A DNA stretch of 64,000 nucleotides from Candidatus Hydrogenedentota bacterium (lineage in GTDB: Bacteria; Hydrogenedentota; Hydrogenedentia; Hydrogenedentales; SLHB01). The notes below the pieces were generated by a model. It worked only from the letters and a program-made list of their open reading frames with translations. It had not been told where the DNA came from and did no database searches. How positions within the stretch are numbered: position 1 is the first letter of the stretch; each line of letters begins with the position of its first letter. The stretch covers positions 32,001 to 96,000 of the forward strand of contig CAXXYE010000009.1 of NCBI GenBank assembly GCA_963674865.2. The letters are read 5' to 3'. Made by a program: the position numbers and the translations under genes. Positions 10,226 through 19,768 of this stretch are shown piece by piece.

Positions 10226-12295
10226 GTGAGACGATTCTTGGGCATTCTCAGCATCTTGGTTGTGGCCGCCGGCTATGCATCGGCAGGGAATATCGATGAC
10301 GGCGTCCTTCTCGTCGACGGCAAGCCCTTCTTCCCCTTGGGAAGTTGGAACAGCAGCTACACAAGCCCGGAAGACATCGCACGGTTAGGAATGAACACGA
10401 GTTTTCGCGGAGGCCCGACTACGGACGAGGCCGTGGCCGCATTCCGCGAGTTCATGCGCGCGTGCGGCAAACTGGGCGTGCAGGTTGTGCCTTACCTCTC
10501 CTACGGCGGCGCGGGCGTTGCGCCGTGGCCTCCCGAGAACGTCCGCAGGATCGCGCAGCTCGCGACGGAGCCCAATCTCCTGACCTGGTACGTCGGGGAT
10601 GACATCGTGATGGATCATCTGCCCGGCATCCGGCAAACCGTCAACATCCTCCGCGAGCAGACGCCGACTATCCCCACAGTCGCCGATTACATTGCCACCG
10701 AGACGCCTGAGGCGAAAACAACCTTCACGCAGTACGTGGACATCCGGTGCCAGTACGCGTATCCCGTTCCGGACGAACCGTTCACGGACTACCTGGCCTT
10801 CTTTGACGAGCAGCGGGAGTTCGTCGGCGATCCGCTTTGGACTTGGCTACAGAACTTCATGTGGGGCCGCACGGGACGCATGTTCAACATCGGCGCGGAA
10901 GGCCCCGGCCCGCTCCCCGAGCCTGAGCAGGTACGTCTGCTGGCCTATGCGGCGCTCCTTCGCGGCGTGCGGGGACTGCTCTTCTTCCCGCACCACGAGT
11001 TGCACCGGCAGCCGGAGCTTGCGGCATCGGTGGCGCTTACGTGCCGCGAGATTCGCCTATTCGAATCGCATCTCGCGGCCGGCGAGATGTCTATGAACTT
11101 GGAGACAAGCAATTCTGACGTTCATGCCACCGCGTTCCGCTACGGCGGATCAACCGTCATCGCAGCGGCACTGCTCAAACCGTTCTATCACCGATACGTG
11201 GACGAAGGCATTGCCCACGACGTGACGCTGACGTGTCGATGGGAAGGAGAACGCCTGCCCGAGGCGATGCTCGTAGCGGCGCCGGACCTGGTGCCGTGCT
11301 CCGTCGCGTGGGCTCAGACGCGAGGAATGGTAGACGTAACCGTCCCATCCCTCGAACTCGCCGGCTTGATACTCCTCACGAACGACCGCGGCGAAGTACG
11401 CCGACTGCGCAAACAAGCGAAAGCAATCCCTGGGCAACTGCGGACGCTTGTCCTCACCGGGGCGGCGAGCCAGGCACGGAAAGTCTCGGGCGTCGTCTGG
11501 CAGCTCGGAATCGACAACCTCTACGCACCGCCGGTGGTCATGGAGACAATGCGCGCCGTCGAACGCTGTGCCGATGCCCTGGACAAGCGCGACTACGCCG
11601 GCGCGTTCCGGGCGTGGCGGGATACGCTTCGCTCGTGCCGCATCACCTTTGAAAATACGATGGCGTTTGCGGAGGCGCGCCGGGACGTAGTACCCAAGAA
11701 TCTGCAACCTTTCTTGGCCAATCCGTATGGACTTCACAATGTCAAGGGGCTTGGCAACGCGCCTGAAGCGGGCGATCCCTGGCAATTTGTCCGCTCCTGG
11801 ATGGTGGCGGGCCCGTTCCCGCTGGAGTGGGATGGGGAGTCAACGGCAACGCCACCTGGGTTTGATAGAGTGTACGGGCCCGAGAAGGGCGGAGGCCTGA
11901 ATCAGGCCTTCGACACCGTGGACGGCCGGGGCGTCTGGCGTTACGTCGAGACGGACGTGTCGGCGTTGCTCGACTTCCTGCCGTATTTCGGCACAACGGA
12001 AAATGTCGTCTGCTACGCGCGCTGCTCAATCATCGCGCCGCGGAACGTGGAGGCCCGCGTGAGCCTCGGAAGCAACGATGGGGCACGTGTATGGGTGAAC
12101 GGCGAGGATGTGTTCGCGTGGTCAAGCGTGGCCCAGGGAGGCCGTGCGGCCGCTCCGCATCAGGACGAGTTCCCAGTCCAACTTAACAAAGGCAGGAACC
12201 GCGTCTTGGCAAAAGTGGAGAACTTGGGCCGTAGCTGGCAGTTGTACTTGTCCGTTCACGATCCGGATCGGGAACTGGTGTTCGAGGTGGAATAG
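10226..12295 (+). CDS. secreted glycoside-hydrolase-like TIM-barrel protein with C-terminal PA14/beta-sandwich domain
   Basis: GAGGAGG SD, GTG start, signal peptide; VDGKPFFPLG, LLTWYVGDD; C-terminal WMVAGPF..GSNDGARVWVNG..LNKGRNRVLAKV. Confidence 0.6.
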   Translation: MRRFLGILSILVVAAGYASAGNIDDGVLLVDGKPFFPLGSWNSSYTSPEDIARLGMNTSFRGGPTTDEAVAAFREFMRACGKLGVQVVPYLSYGGAGVAPWPPENVRRIAQLATEPNLLTWYVGDDIVMDHLPGIRQTVNILREQTPTIPTVADYIATETPEAKTTFTQYVDIRCQYAYPVPDEPFTDYLAFFDEQREFVGDPLWTWLQNFMWGRTGRMFNIGAEGPGPLPEPEQVRLLAYAALLRGVRGLLFFPHHELHRQPELAASVALTCREIRLFESHLAAGEMSMNLETSNSDVHATAFRYGGSTVIAAALLKPFYHRYVDEGIAHDVTLTCRWEGERLPEAMLVAAPDLVPCSVAWAQTRGMVDVTVPSLELAGLILLTNDRGEVRRLRKQAKAIPGQLRTLVLTGAASQARKVSGVVWQLGIDNLYAPPVVMETMRAVERCADALDKRDYAGAFRAWRDTLRSCRITFENTMAFAEARRDVVPKNLQPFLANPYGLHNVKGLGNAPEAGDPWQFVRSWMVAGPFPLEWDGESTATPPGFDRVYGPEKGGGLNQAFDTVDGRGVWRYVETDVSALLDFLPYFGTTENVVCYARCSIIAPRNVEARVSLGSNDGARVWVNGEDVFAWSSVAQGGRAAAPHQDEFPVQLNKGRNRVLAKVENLGRSWQLYLSVHDPDRELVFEVE

Positions 12296-12339
12296 GAGCA
12301 TTAACACGCCTCGAAGCTAGAAACACGGGAGGGCACATC

Positions 12340-12945
12340 ATGCGACAAATCGTGACGATGGCCTTGATGCTCTGCTTGGTTGGCCCCGTCGCAGCTTCGC
12401 AGCCGGCCACTGAGAAACGGCCGGCCCCGGCTGCGAATAAGTCTGAAGCGGCGGAAATGGCCGAATGGCAGATACGCCTGAAGGCGGAACTCGACGAGAT
12501 GAAGAAAGGGCTTGAAACGGTGCCGGACAAGGTCGCCGACGCCATGGCCCAATTGATCGAGCTGAAGGAAGCAATGATCGAGTCATTGGATGAGCGCATC
12601 AAGGCACTTAAGGAAGCCGACTGGGACCTCCTCAAGAAGGTCGACGTCGGCATGAAGGCCACGGAGCGGAGGCTTACGCTCAAACAACTGGACCTGGATG
12701 AAGCAAGGGCCATTAGCGAGTTGCAGGAGCGTGCGCGGGAAACCGGCCTGGACGAGCTCGACTCGCTCATCGCCAAGACAAGGAACCGGTTCGAGCGCCG
12801 TCGCGAGATCCGGCGGGAGATCATCCGGCTCGAGCAGGAGGACGGCCAACTCGAACTCGAGCAAGTGCTGATGATGAAGCGGCTCGAAGTGCAGGCACTT
12901 GAGCAGGAGGCGGAGCGGCTCAACAAGGAACGTGTCGCGCTTTGA
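12340..12945 (+). CDS. secreted coiled-coil hypothetical protein
   Basis: GGAGG SD, signal peptide (MRQIVTMALMLCLVGPVAA), E/K/L/R-rich heptad sequence. Confidence 0.7.
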   Translation: MRQIVTMALMLCLVGPVAASQPATEKRPAPAANKSEAAEMAEWQIRLKAELDEMKKGLETVPDKVADAMAQLIELKEAMIESLDERIKALKEADWDLLKKVDVGMKATERRLTLKQLDLDEARAISELQERARETGLDELDSLIAKTRNRFERRREIRREIIRLEQEDGQLELEQVLMMKRLEVQALEQEAERLNKERVAL

Positions 12946-13081
12946 CGTTTCCGCGAATCACGCGCGTGCATTCCCGGTTGACAAGACTGCCTTGACGCGA
13001 TTATCTTGCGGGCGCATTCACGACCCTGCCCCGACGAAAGGCGATGCTGAGGCGCGTGCGCGCCGGGAACCAGCCACCTGT

Positions 13082-15169
13082 ATGATCCAAGAATACGACG
13101 CGCAACAGTGCGCCCGCCTGGCGGGCATCATCGAAGATGCCGCCCTCCACTACAGACACGCCCCCTCGCGCTATGACGCGGGGCACCAATTCCGCTTGGA
13201 CATCACCGGCGTGTGCCCGGCGACCACCGGCCAAGCCACCCTCGAGGTCGAACGGTTCGTCGGGGGAGGATTCGCGGGACAAGTTTACCGTACCACGCTG
13301 ACCGCTTTGGACTTACAGGGCGATGACATCCCCGGTTTGGCCATCGGCGGCCGGTACGCCGTCAAGATTATGCTGCCTCCCTCGCGGTTCTCGCTGTTGT
13401 TCCGTAACGTCATCTACGGCCTCGCCTATCAAGGCGCGTTTTCGCCGCAGGTAAATCCGGCCGCGGCCCGGGCCGGCGTGCTCTGGCAGAAGCTGATCCG
13501 CCGGGGGGCGGCGTTGCACTTCGGCGATCAGGCCTGTGTCGCGGACACCTACGCGACCTTCTTCGACGCGGGACTCGGCAGCTTCGGCGAAATCAACGAG
13601 TGGGTAGACGGCCGAACATGGCGGTTCGATGTCGACGACACCATCTTCCAGCGTCGCAAACGCCCGAGCGATGCCGGCGAATATCTGGCCAAGAAAGCCT
13701 TCATGGGGGATTTCGTGCGGCTTCTCCATGAGATGGGCGCCCCGGAACTGGCGCGCCAGTATGAATGGTGGACCTGCAAGAGCCAGCCGAACGTCTTGAA
13801 ACGCCTCGATGCAGGAGAGGGGCCGGCGGATGGGCTGACGGCGCTGGACTTCCGAGCCGGGCTGGCCTTGCTGCCTTTCCTCCCCATGAGCCCAGGCGAT
13901 ATCCCATTGATAATGAAAGGCTTAAGGCGCGGGGCCCTGGTGCAGTTCGACCGCGGCAATCTGGCCCAGCTCGATGCCTACTGCGAGGAACGGCGCGAAG
14001 ACTTCGCCGACCTGGCGGCCGCGCTCGATGAATTGAAGGACACCGACCCGGCATATCGCGCCTCACTTCCGGATGTGACGCATCACGGCCTCCGGCCGTT
14101 GCATGATCGGGCGCTGGCGTCGAGCATCAGGGACGGCTTCATCCAGAGTTGGCGCGCGCGAGGCTTCCTGGATGAAGAACACGCGGAGAAAGTCTCCCGG
14201 TCGTTCTGTCGGTTCGTGCTGGTCATTTCCCTCGGTTTTGTGCCGTTTCTGGGCAGATTCACGCGCCGTTTGCTCGGAAACGCCGCCTTCGCACGTCATA
14301 TCGGCGCGATACTCTCGAACTTCGGCTACTTCCGGCGCGCCCTCCGCGCCTACCAGGCCCGTACCTTGGCGGATTGGTACCGCGCCGGGAGAGTCAGCGA
14401 CAAGCGGCTCGACTTCTACCTCAGCCATTCCGGCCTCTTCTGGCTGGCCTGGATACTCCCCGGTTTGCTCCCACTACCGCCAAAATGGCACCGATTCTTG
14501 ACGGATTTCCGCTTTGCCGGGCGGCTTATGGCCGGCGCCGTCGTCTATCCCATCAAGTTCTACCGCGACGTCGCGTTTCGCGAGCAATGGCTCACCAACG
14601 AGATCGAAAGCGGCGCGGGGGAAGGGATGCTGACTTCCGAGGAGAGGGCGCGCATCCTTGCCCGCGTGCCGGATCCGTACATCCAGAAATACCTCAAGTG
14701 CGTGGCCGTGCACGTCTGCACGCTGCCCATCACGCAGATCATCTCCGTCCTGGCTGCCGTGTACGCCTATTTCGCCTTCGGCGATACCTGGCAAGAGAGC
14801 TGGGTGTGGGCCTTAGGAGTCCTGACCTCGTTTCAGTTCCTGCCAATCTCGCCGGGATCATTCGTGCGGGGCACGTACGTGGTGTACCTTATGATCAAAG
14901 AGCGGAACTGGCGGAATTACTGGGTGGCCGTGCTCGTATCCTACTGGCATTACATCGGTTATCTAGGCTTCCCCCTCCAGATGGTGACGGAGTTCCCGGC
15001 CCTCGCGCGGTTCATGGCGGGCCGCTGGGCCACCAAGATGGTGCGATTCATCCCCGTCTTCGGGGAACGCGGCGCCCTCCTCGAGCACGTTGTCTTTGAC
15101 GTGTTCTTCAACGTTCCGCTGTCCGTAAAGCGCCTTTTCTCACGGAAAACAGGGCAAGCTGAACCATGA
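13082..15169 (+). CDS. membrane protein with N-terminal protein-kinase-like (probably pseudokinase) domain
   Basis: VGGGFAGQVY, AVKI, EWVDG, KSQPNVL and LDFRAG in kinase order; hydrophobic C-terminal half. Promoter-like TTGACA..TATCTT at 12978-13007. Confidence 0.6.
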   Translation: MIQEYDAQQCARLAGIIEDAALHYRHAPSRYDAGHQFRLDITGVCPATTGQATLEVERFVGGGFAGQVYRTTLTALDLQGDDIPGLAIGGRYAVKIMLPPSRFSLLFRNVIYGLAYQGAFSPQVNPAAARAGVLWQKLIRRGAALHFGDQACVADTYATFFDAGLGSFGEINEWVDGRTWRFDVDDTIFQRRKRPSDAGEYLAKKAFMGDFVRLLHEMGAPELARQYEWWTCKSQPNVLKRLDAGEGPADGLTALDFRAGLALLPFLPMSPGDIPLIMKGLRRGALVQFDRGNLAQLDAYCEERREDFADLAAALDELKDTDPAYRASLPDVTHHGLRPLHDRALASSIRDGFIQSWRARGFLDEEHAEKVSRSFCRFVLVISLGFVPFLGRFTRRLLGNAAFARHIGAILSNFGYFRRALRAYQARTLADWYRAGRVSDKRLDFYLSHSGLFWLAWILPGLLPLPPKWHRFLTDFRFAGRLMAGAVVYPIKFYRDVAFREQWLTNEIESGAGEGMLTSEERARILARVPDPYIQKYLKCVAVHVCTLPITQIISVLAAVYAYFAFGDTWQESWVWALGVLTSFQFLPISPGSFVRGTYVVYLMIKERNWRNYWVAVLVSYWHYIGYLGFPLQMVTEFPALARFMAGRWATKMVRFIPVFGERGALLEHVVFDVFFNVPLSVKRLFSRKTGQAEP

Positions 15170-16557
15170 ACGTGATCCTCATCATTGCCGACACGGTGCG
15201 GCATGATTACCTCGGTTGCTACGGCAACACCTGGGTGGCGACGCCGCATCTCGACAGGCTGGCCGGAGAATCGGCCGTGATGGAGCGCTTCTTCACGGGG
15301 AGTTTCCCCACGGGCCCCATGAGAAAGGATGTGCATGCGGGCCGGTTCACGTTCACCTACGCGAACTGGGGCGCGCCGCGTCCGGCGGGCGAACTCGTGT
15401 TGGCGGAACTGCTGCGTGACGCAGGCTACACCACGGCCTATATCGGCGACACCAACAACAGCTCCCAGTATATGGACGGGTTCGAGCACCAGGAGATCGT
15501 GCCGAACGCCCCTGCCCGGCTCGGTGATGTGCCCGAAGAAGTCCCCCTGCCCGCCCACCCGGACAAGCTGCGGTTGCCCATGCACCATGCCATGGCCATC
15601 GCCCGGCAGGCCCGCGCCTGGGATGGCGAGGCGGAACGGCGCGCACCCAGAACGGCCCAGGCGGCCCACCGCTGGCTCGAGGATCATCAGGCGGACGCCA
15701 AGCCATTCTTCCTCTGGGTGGACACCTTCGATCCGCATGAGCCATGGGATCCGCCCCGGTACTACATAGATCGCTACGACAAAGGCTATCAGGGCGAAGA
15801 ACTCATGGAGCCGGCCTACGCGCCCGCGGGCTACGCCTCGGAGGATGAGATTCGCCACATGCGCTGCATGTACGCGGCGAAACTCACCATGGTGGATCGC
15901 TGGCTCGGCTTCCTTCTAGACGGCATCAGGCACATGGGCCTCGAGCAGGACACGGCGGTTCTGTTCACGAGCGACCACGGCTTCTACCACGGCGAGCACG
16001 GATTCATCGGGAAGGTCGAACTCGACCGCGAGGGCAAGATATGCCGGCGGTGGCCCCTGTACTCGACCATCGCCCACCCGCCGCTCATGATCAAGCTGCC
16101 CGGCGGGCCAGCAGGGCGCCGCTTCGGTGCGTTCTGCCAACCGCCGGATATCACGGCGACCATCCTCGATCTCGCGGGTGTGCCACGGCCGGGATGCGTC
16201 CAAGGCGAATCTTTGTTGCCGGTGGTGCGCGGCGACGAGGAAGCCATTCGCGATCACGCGGTTAGCTCGCTGACGTATGTAACCGACGACAAAGTCCGTT
16301 GCCCCACCTCCTTCCGAACCGAGGACTACCTGTACATCTACGGCGGCGACGAATGGGAATCGGAATTGTACGATCTGCACGCCGATCCGGATGAATCATG
16401 CAACATCATCCAGGAGCGCAAGGACATCGCACGAGAACTACACGAGGCCTATGTCGAGTTCCTCAAGCGTATCGACTGCCCCGCCGTCAGCCTCGCGGCC
16501 CGCTCGGATTTCCCGTCCAAGCCGCGCACCGAAATCCCCTATGAGCGGCTGATCTAG
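15166..16557 (+). CDS. sulfatase / alkaline-phosphatase superfamily hydrolase with Thr at the nucleophile position
   Basis: NVILIIADTVRHD, TPHLDRLA, SFPTGPMR, FDPHEPW, TSDHG, ELYDL..DPDE; ATGA overlap with the upstream gene. Confidence 0.85.
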   Translation: MNVILIIADTVRHDYLGCYGNTWVATPHLDRLAGESAVMERFFTGSFPTGPMRKDVHAGRFTFTYANWGAPRPAGELVLAELLRDAGYTTAYIGDTNNSSQYMDGFEHQEIVPNAPARLGDVPEEVPLPAHPDKLRLPMHHAMAIARQARAWDGEAERRAPRTAQAAHRWLEDHQADAKPFFLWVDTFDPHEPWDPPRYYIDRYDKGYQGEELMEPAYAPAGYASEDEIRHMRCMYAAKLTMVDRWLGFLLDGIRHMGLEQDTAVLFTSDHGFYHGEHGFIGKVELDREGKICRRWPLYSTIAHPPLMIKLPGGPAGRRFGAFCQPPDITATILDLAGVPRPGCVQGESLLPVVRGDEEAIRDHAVSSLTYVTDDKVRCPTSFRTEDYLYIYGGDEWESELYDLHADPDESCNIIQERKDIARELHEAYVEFLKRIDCPAVSLAARSDFPSKPRTEIPYERLI

Positions 16558-16590
16558 CTGTGCCGCTCGGCGACGACCCAGGAGTGACTG

Positions 16591-17895
16591 ATGACTGAAA
16601 CGCCCGTCACCGCAGTGATTGTCGGCGCGGGGCACCGCGCCATGAAGTACGCTTCCTATGCGAAGGAGCAGCCGGAACGGCTCCGCATCGTCGGCGTCGC
16701 GGATCCGAATCCGCTGAGGCGGCAACAAGCGGCGGCGATGTACGGCTTCGGGGAAGATCGGTGTTTCGAGAGCACCGAGGACTTGGCCGCGGCGCCGAAG
16801 TTCGCGGACGCCGCGATCAACGGCACGATGGATCAACAGCACGTGCCGACCTCGCTCCCCTTGCTCGAAGCGGGGTACGATCTCCTGCTCGAAAAGCCCT
16901 TCGCCACGAATACGGACGAACTGTGGCGGCTCGTGAACGCGGCCAAGGCACACGGCCGGAAGGTGATGATCTGCCACGTCTTGCGGTATGCGCCGTTCTA
17001 CGCGGCCATCCGCCGGAAGCTCATCGAGGGGGCCGTCGGGGAGGTCATCAACATCCAGACTATCGAGCACGTGTCGTACCACCACATGGCGGTGGCGTTC
17101 GTGCGGGGGAAATGGAGCAGCAAGGCCCGGTGCGGCTCGTCGATGCTCATGGCGAAGTGCTGCCACGACCTGGATATTGTGGCGTGGATGAAGAGCGGCG
17201 TCCGGCCGGTGAAGGTGGCGAGTTTCGGGAGCAACACGCAGTTCCGCCCGGAGAAGGCGCCCCCGGGGGCCGGCACGCGCTGCCTCGTGGACTGCCCCAT
17301 CGAGGCCGACTGCCTCTACTCGGCCCGGAAACACTACATCGACCACCCCGAACGTTGGAGCTTCTACGTCTGGGACGCACTGGAACACGTCGAGAATCCG
17401 ACCATCGAGCAGAAGATCGCGTCGCTCAAGGCCGACAACCCTTACGGCCGCTGCGTCTGGAAATGCGACAACGACGTCGTGGATCACCAATCGGTAGCCA
17501 TCGAGTTCGCCGATGGCGCCACGGCGACGCACAACATGGTTGGCGGTACGGCGCGCCCCTCGCGATCAATTCATATTGTCGGCACGGAGGGCGAAATCGA
17601 GGGTGTGTTCGAGGATAGCCGGTTCGTCGTGCGGCACATCGACCCCCGGCCCGGACACGAGTACGCAGACGAACTCGTCGACCTCAAGCAGGGCGGGGAC
17701 ATGCACGGCGCCTTCGGCGGCCACGGGGGCGGCGACCTGCGGTTGGTGAACGACTTCGTCCGCGTGGTGCGCGGCGAGACGCCGTCCATCTCATGCACCA
17801 GCATCGAAGACTCCGTCAACGGCCACCTCATCGGCTTCTGCGCCGATCAGGCCATGGAAACGCAACAGGTTACGGCGATTCCTGAGGGGGCGTAG
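16591..17895 (+). CDS. Gfo/Idh/MocA family oxidoreductase
   Basis: VGAGHRA Rossmann motif, LLEKP, CHVLRY, KCCHDLD, HGGGD. Confidence 0.92.
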   Translation: MTETPVTAVIVGAGHRAMKYASYAKEQPERLRIVGVADPNPLRRQQAAAMYGFGEDRCFESTEDLAAAPKFADAAINGTMDQQHVPTSLPLLEAGYDLLLEKPFATNTDELWRLVNAAKAHGRKVMICHVLRYAPFYAAIRRKLIEGAVGEVINIQTIEHVSYHHMAVAFVRGKWSSKARCGSSMLMAKCCHDLDIVAWMKSGVRPVKVASFGSNTQFRPEKAPPGAGTRCLVDCPIEADCLYSARKHYIDHPERWSFYVWDALEHVENPTIEQKIASLKADNPYGRCVWKCDNDVVDHQSVAIEFADGATATHNMVGGTARPSRSIHIVGTEGEIEGVFEDSRFVVRHIDPRPGHEYADELVDLKQGGDMHGAFGGHGGGDLRLVNDFVRVVRGETPSISCTSIEDSVNGHLIGFCADQAMETQQVTAIPEGA

Positions 17896-18029
17896 CGGCG
17901 CAGAACGCCCAGTCTTTGATCAACCTTCGATTGGCCTCAAGAGTCACTGCGTCTTGCCCCCCGTACGAGGCGTGCCAAGCCCGTTTTCGCGAAGTCTTCT
18001 TGCTTTCCAGAACTGCCGGCACAGAGAAT

Positions 18030-18055
18030 TGAACCGTTTCCCCGATTGAAACGAC
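18030..18055 (+). promoter_or_regulatory. ECF-sigma type (likely autoregulated) promoter
   Basis: TGAACC-N16-CGAC just upstream of the ECF sigma gene; fits the AAC/CG(A/T)C ECF consensus. Confidence 0.55.
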
Positions 18056-18069
18056 CTTAGTGTGACTCA

Positions 18070-18618
18070 ATGGAAGAGCGCGATCGGATACAGGACGGTT
18101 TGCTCGTCCTCCAATGCCAGGAAGGCGGAGCGGACGCGTTCGAGGAGCTTCTTGGCCGATGGCAGCACCGGCTGTGGCGGCATGCCTGGCGCCTCGTAGG
18201 CCGTGAGGACGCTGCGTGGGACGTGTTGCAGGACTCGCTGCTTGCCATAGCCGCCGGGCTCGGCCGACTCGACGATGCGGCGGCGTTCGGAGCTTGGGCA
18301 TACCGCATCGTCACCAACAAGAGCCGGGACTGGATCCGCAAGGAGAGCCGGCGTAGAGATGCGCACAATTCCTATGCGGCCCATCGCCGACGAGACGAGG
18401 AAGTGCAACCTTCAGGCGAACGGTTCACGTCGCTCAAGGAGGCCGTGGCGTCTTTGCCCGGCAAAGACCGCGCCGTGCTCTCGTTGAAGTACGAAGAAGG
18501 ATTCGACATCGAGGAGATTGCGTCCATTCTGGACGTGCCGTCCGGAACGGTAAAATCGAGGCTCTATCACGCCCGTGAACGCCTCAGGAAGGCTGTGGAG
18601 GTAGGGAAACATGAATGA
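18070..18618 (+). CDS. ECF RNA polymerase sigma-70 factor
   Basis: Region 2 (AWDVLQD..FGAWAYRIVTNKSRD) and region 4 (EEIASILDVPSGTVKSRLYHAR). Confidence 0.95.
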   Translation: MEERDRIQDGLLVLQCQEGGADAFEELLGRWQHRLWRHAWRLVGREDAAWDVLQDSLLAIAAGLGRLDDAAAFGAWAYRIVTNKSRDWIRKESRRRDAHNSYAAHRRRDEEVQPSGERFTSLKEAVASLPGKDRAVLSLKYEEGFDIEEIASILDVPSGTVKSRLYHARERLRKAVEVGKHE

Positions 18619-19657
18619 CATGGATGACGGACTCAGCGAAGCCTTGTCCGAGAATGGGCACTACGACGAAGACAGGGCCGCCGAAGCGCGGAAGGTGCTG
18701 CGCGAGAAGTTCGAGGGGGGCTACCTTCGAATAGAGCGCATGATGTGTCTCTACTCACTGCTGTTCACGGCGGTTGCTGCCTATTGTGTCCTCAGACTCT
18801 TGCGCAGTGGCGATCCAAAGGATTCCATTCTCTTCGGAGTGATTCTATTCGTGTTCGTGTTGCACCAGGGGCGCGTCAAGCTCTGGTTCTGGATAATGAA
18901 CACGAAGATCAGTGTGCTCAAGGAGATCAAGCTGCTTCGTTTGTCGCCGGCGTCGGGGAGCGGGCATACCGACGACGTCGACGAGCGCGAACTGCATCAG
19001 TTGCTGTTCAAACCTGTGGCGCACGGCCGGGGGGGCACCAAGGCCGAGAGGTTCTTGTGGTATGCGGCGATAGTTGCGATCGCCTTGAGTGCCGCCCTAC
19101 TGGGCAACGCCGACGGGACTCGCAAGAACATGATGGCGGCGATATCCGCAGACGAGCTGGCCGTGTGGACCTTCGACGCGTCCGATACTGTGGCCGCGCA
19201 GTCGGAACTCCGCATCCAGGAATCGAGTTCAAGCCTCTCGCAGTTGTTGACATTGCCCTATGCCGACGGTGAGATCCAATCCGTCACGCTGAACGGGCAG
19301 CAGGCCGAGTTCGTGGCGCTGGGTGACGGCGAATACCGCGTAGAAATACCGGACGCGCTGTTCATGAAGGAGAAGGTGATGGAGGTCAAATGGGCCTTTC
19401 CCTTCTCGGCGCTCGAGCACAAAGGAGAAACCTACCGCACCGTCCTGAGAGGCTTGATGCCTGTGCGCGCGTACATGCTAAGAGTCCAACTCACGGAGGA
19501 TTCGAAATACGAGTTCGGAGATTGGCCCGGGGCCGCCAAGGGAATCCCATTTTCCGCCTCGTTCAATTCCCCTCAGCAGAGTTTCGGCTCCTGCGGCCTG
19601 GGAATCAGGCCGTCCGAGAAGACTGGCCAGGCGTCAACCACTTCCGGTTCGCGCTGA
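18611..19657 (+). CDS. putative anti-sigma membrane protein (DUF6768-like N-terminus plus extracytoplasmic domain)
   Basis: Overlaps the ECF stop codon. Two TM helices, then KLWFWIMNTKISVLKEIKLL (DUF6768-like), a third TM and a beta-rich C-domain. Confidence 0.6.
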   Translation: MNDMDDGLSEALSENGHYDEDRAAEARKVLREKFEGGYLRIERMMCLYSLLFTAVAAYCVLRLLRSGDPKDSILFGVILFVFVLHQGRVKLWFWIMNTKISVLKEIKLLRLSPASGSGHTDDVDERELHQLLFKPVAHGRGGTKAERFLWYAAIVAIALSAALLGNADGTRKNMMAAISADELAVWTFDASDTVAAQSELRIQESSSSLSQLLTLPYADGEIQSVTLNGQQAEFVALGDGEYRVEIPDALFMKEKVMEVKWAFPFSALEHKGETYRTVLRGLMPVRAYMLRVQLTEDSKYEFGDWPGAAKGIPFSASFNSPQQSFGSCGLGIRPSEKTGQASTTSGSR

Positions 19658-19730
19658 GGCGAGTGCGCCGGCATCGAAGACTCCGTCTTCTCCAGGGAAG
19701 CTCTATTTGCCGGCAAGATACCGGCGAGAC

Positions 19731-19754
19731 AGCAAGCGAGACGCTTGCGCTACA
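19731..19754 (-). repeat. GTAG-class REP palindrome
   Basis: Minus strand reads TGTAGC-GCAAGCG-TCT-CGCTTGC-T, between convergent genes. Confidence 0.65.
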
Positions 19755-19768
19755 GCCAATCGCCGCGC

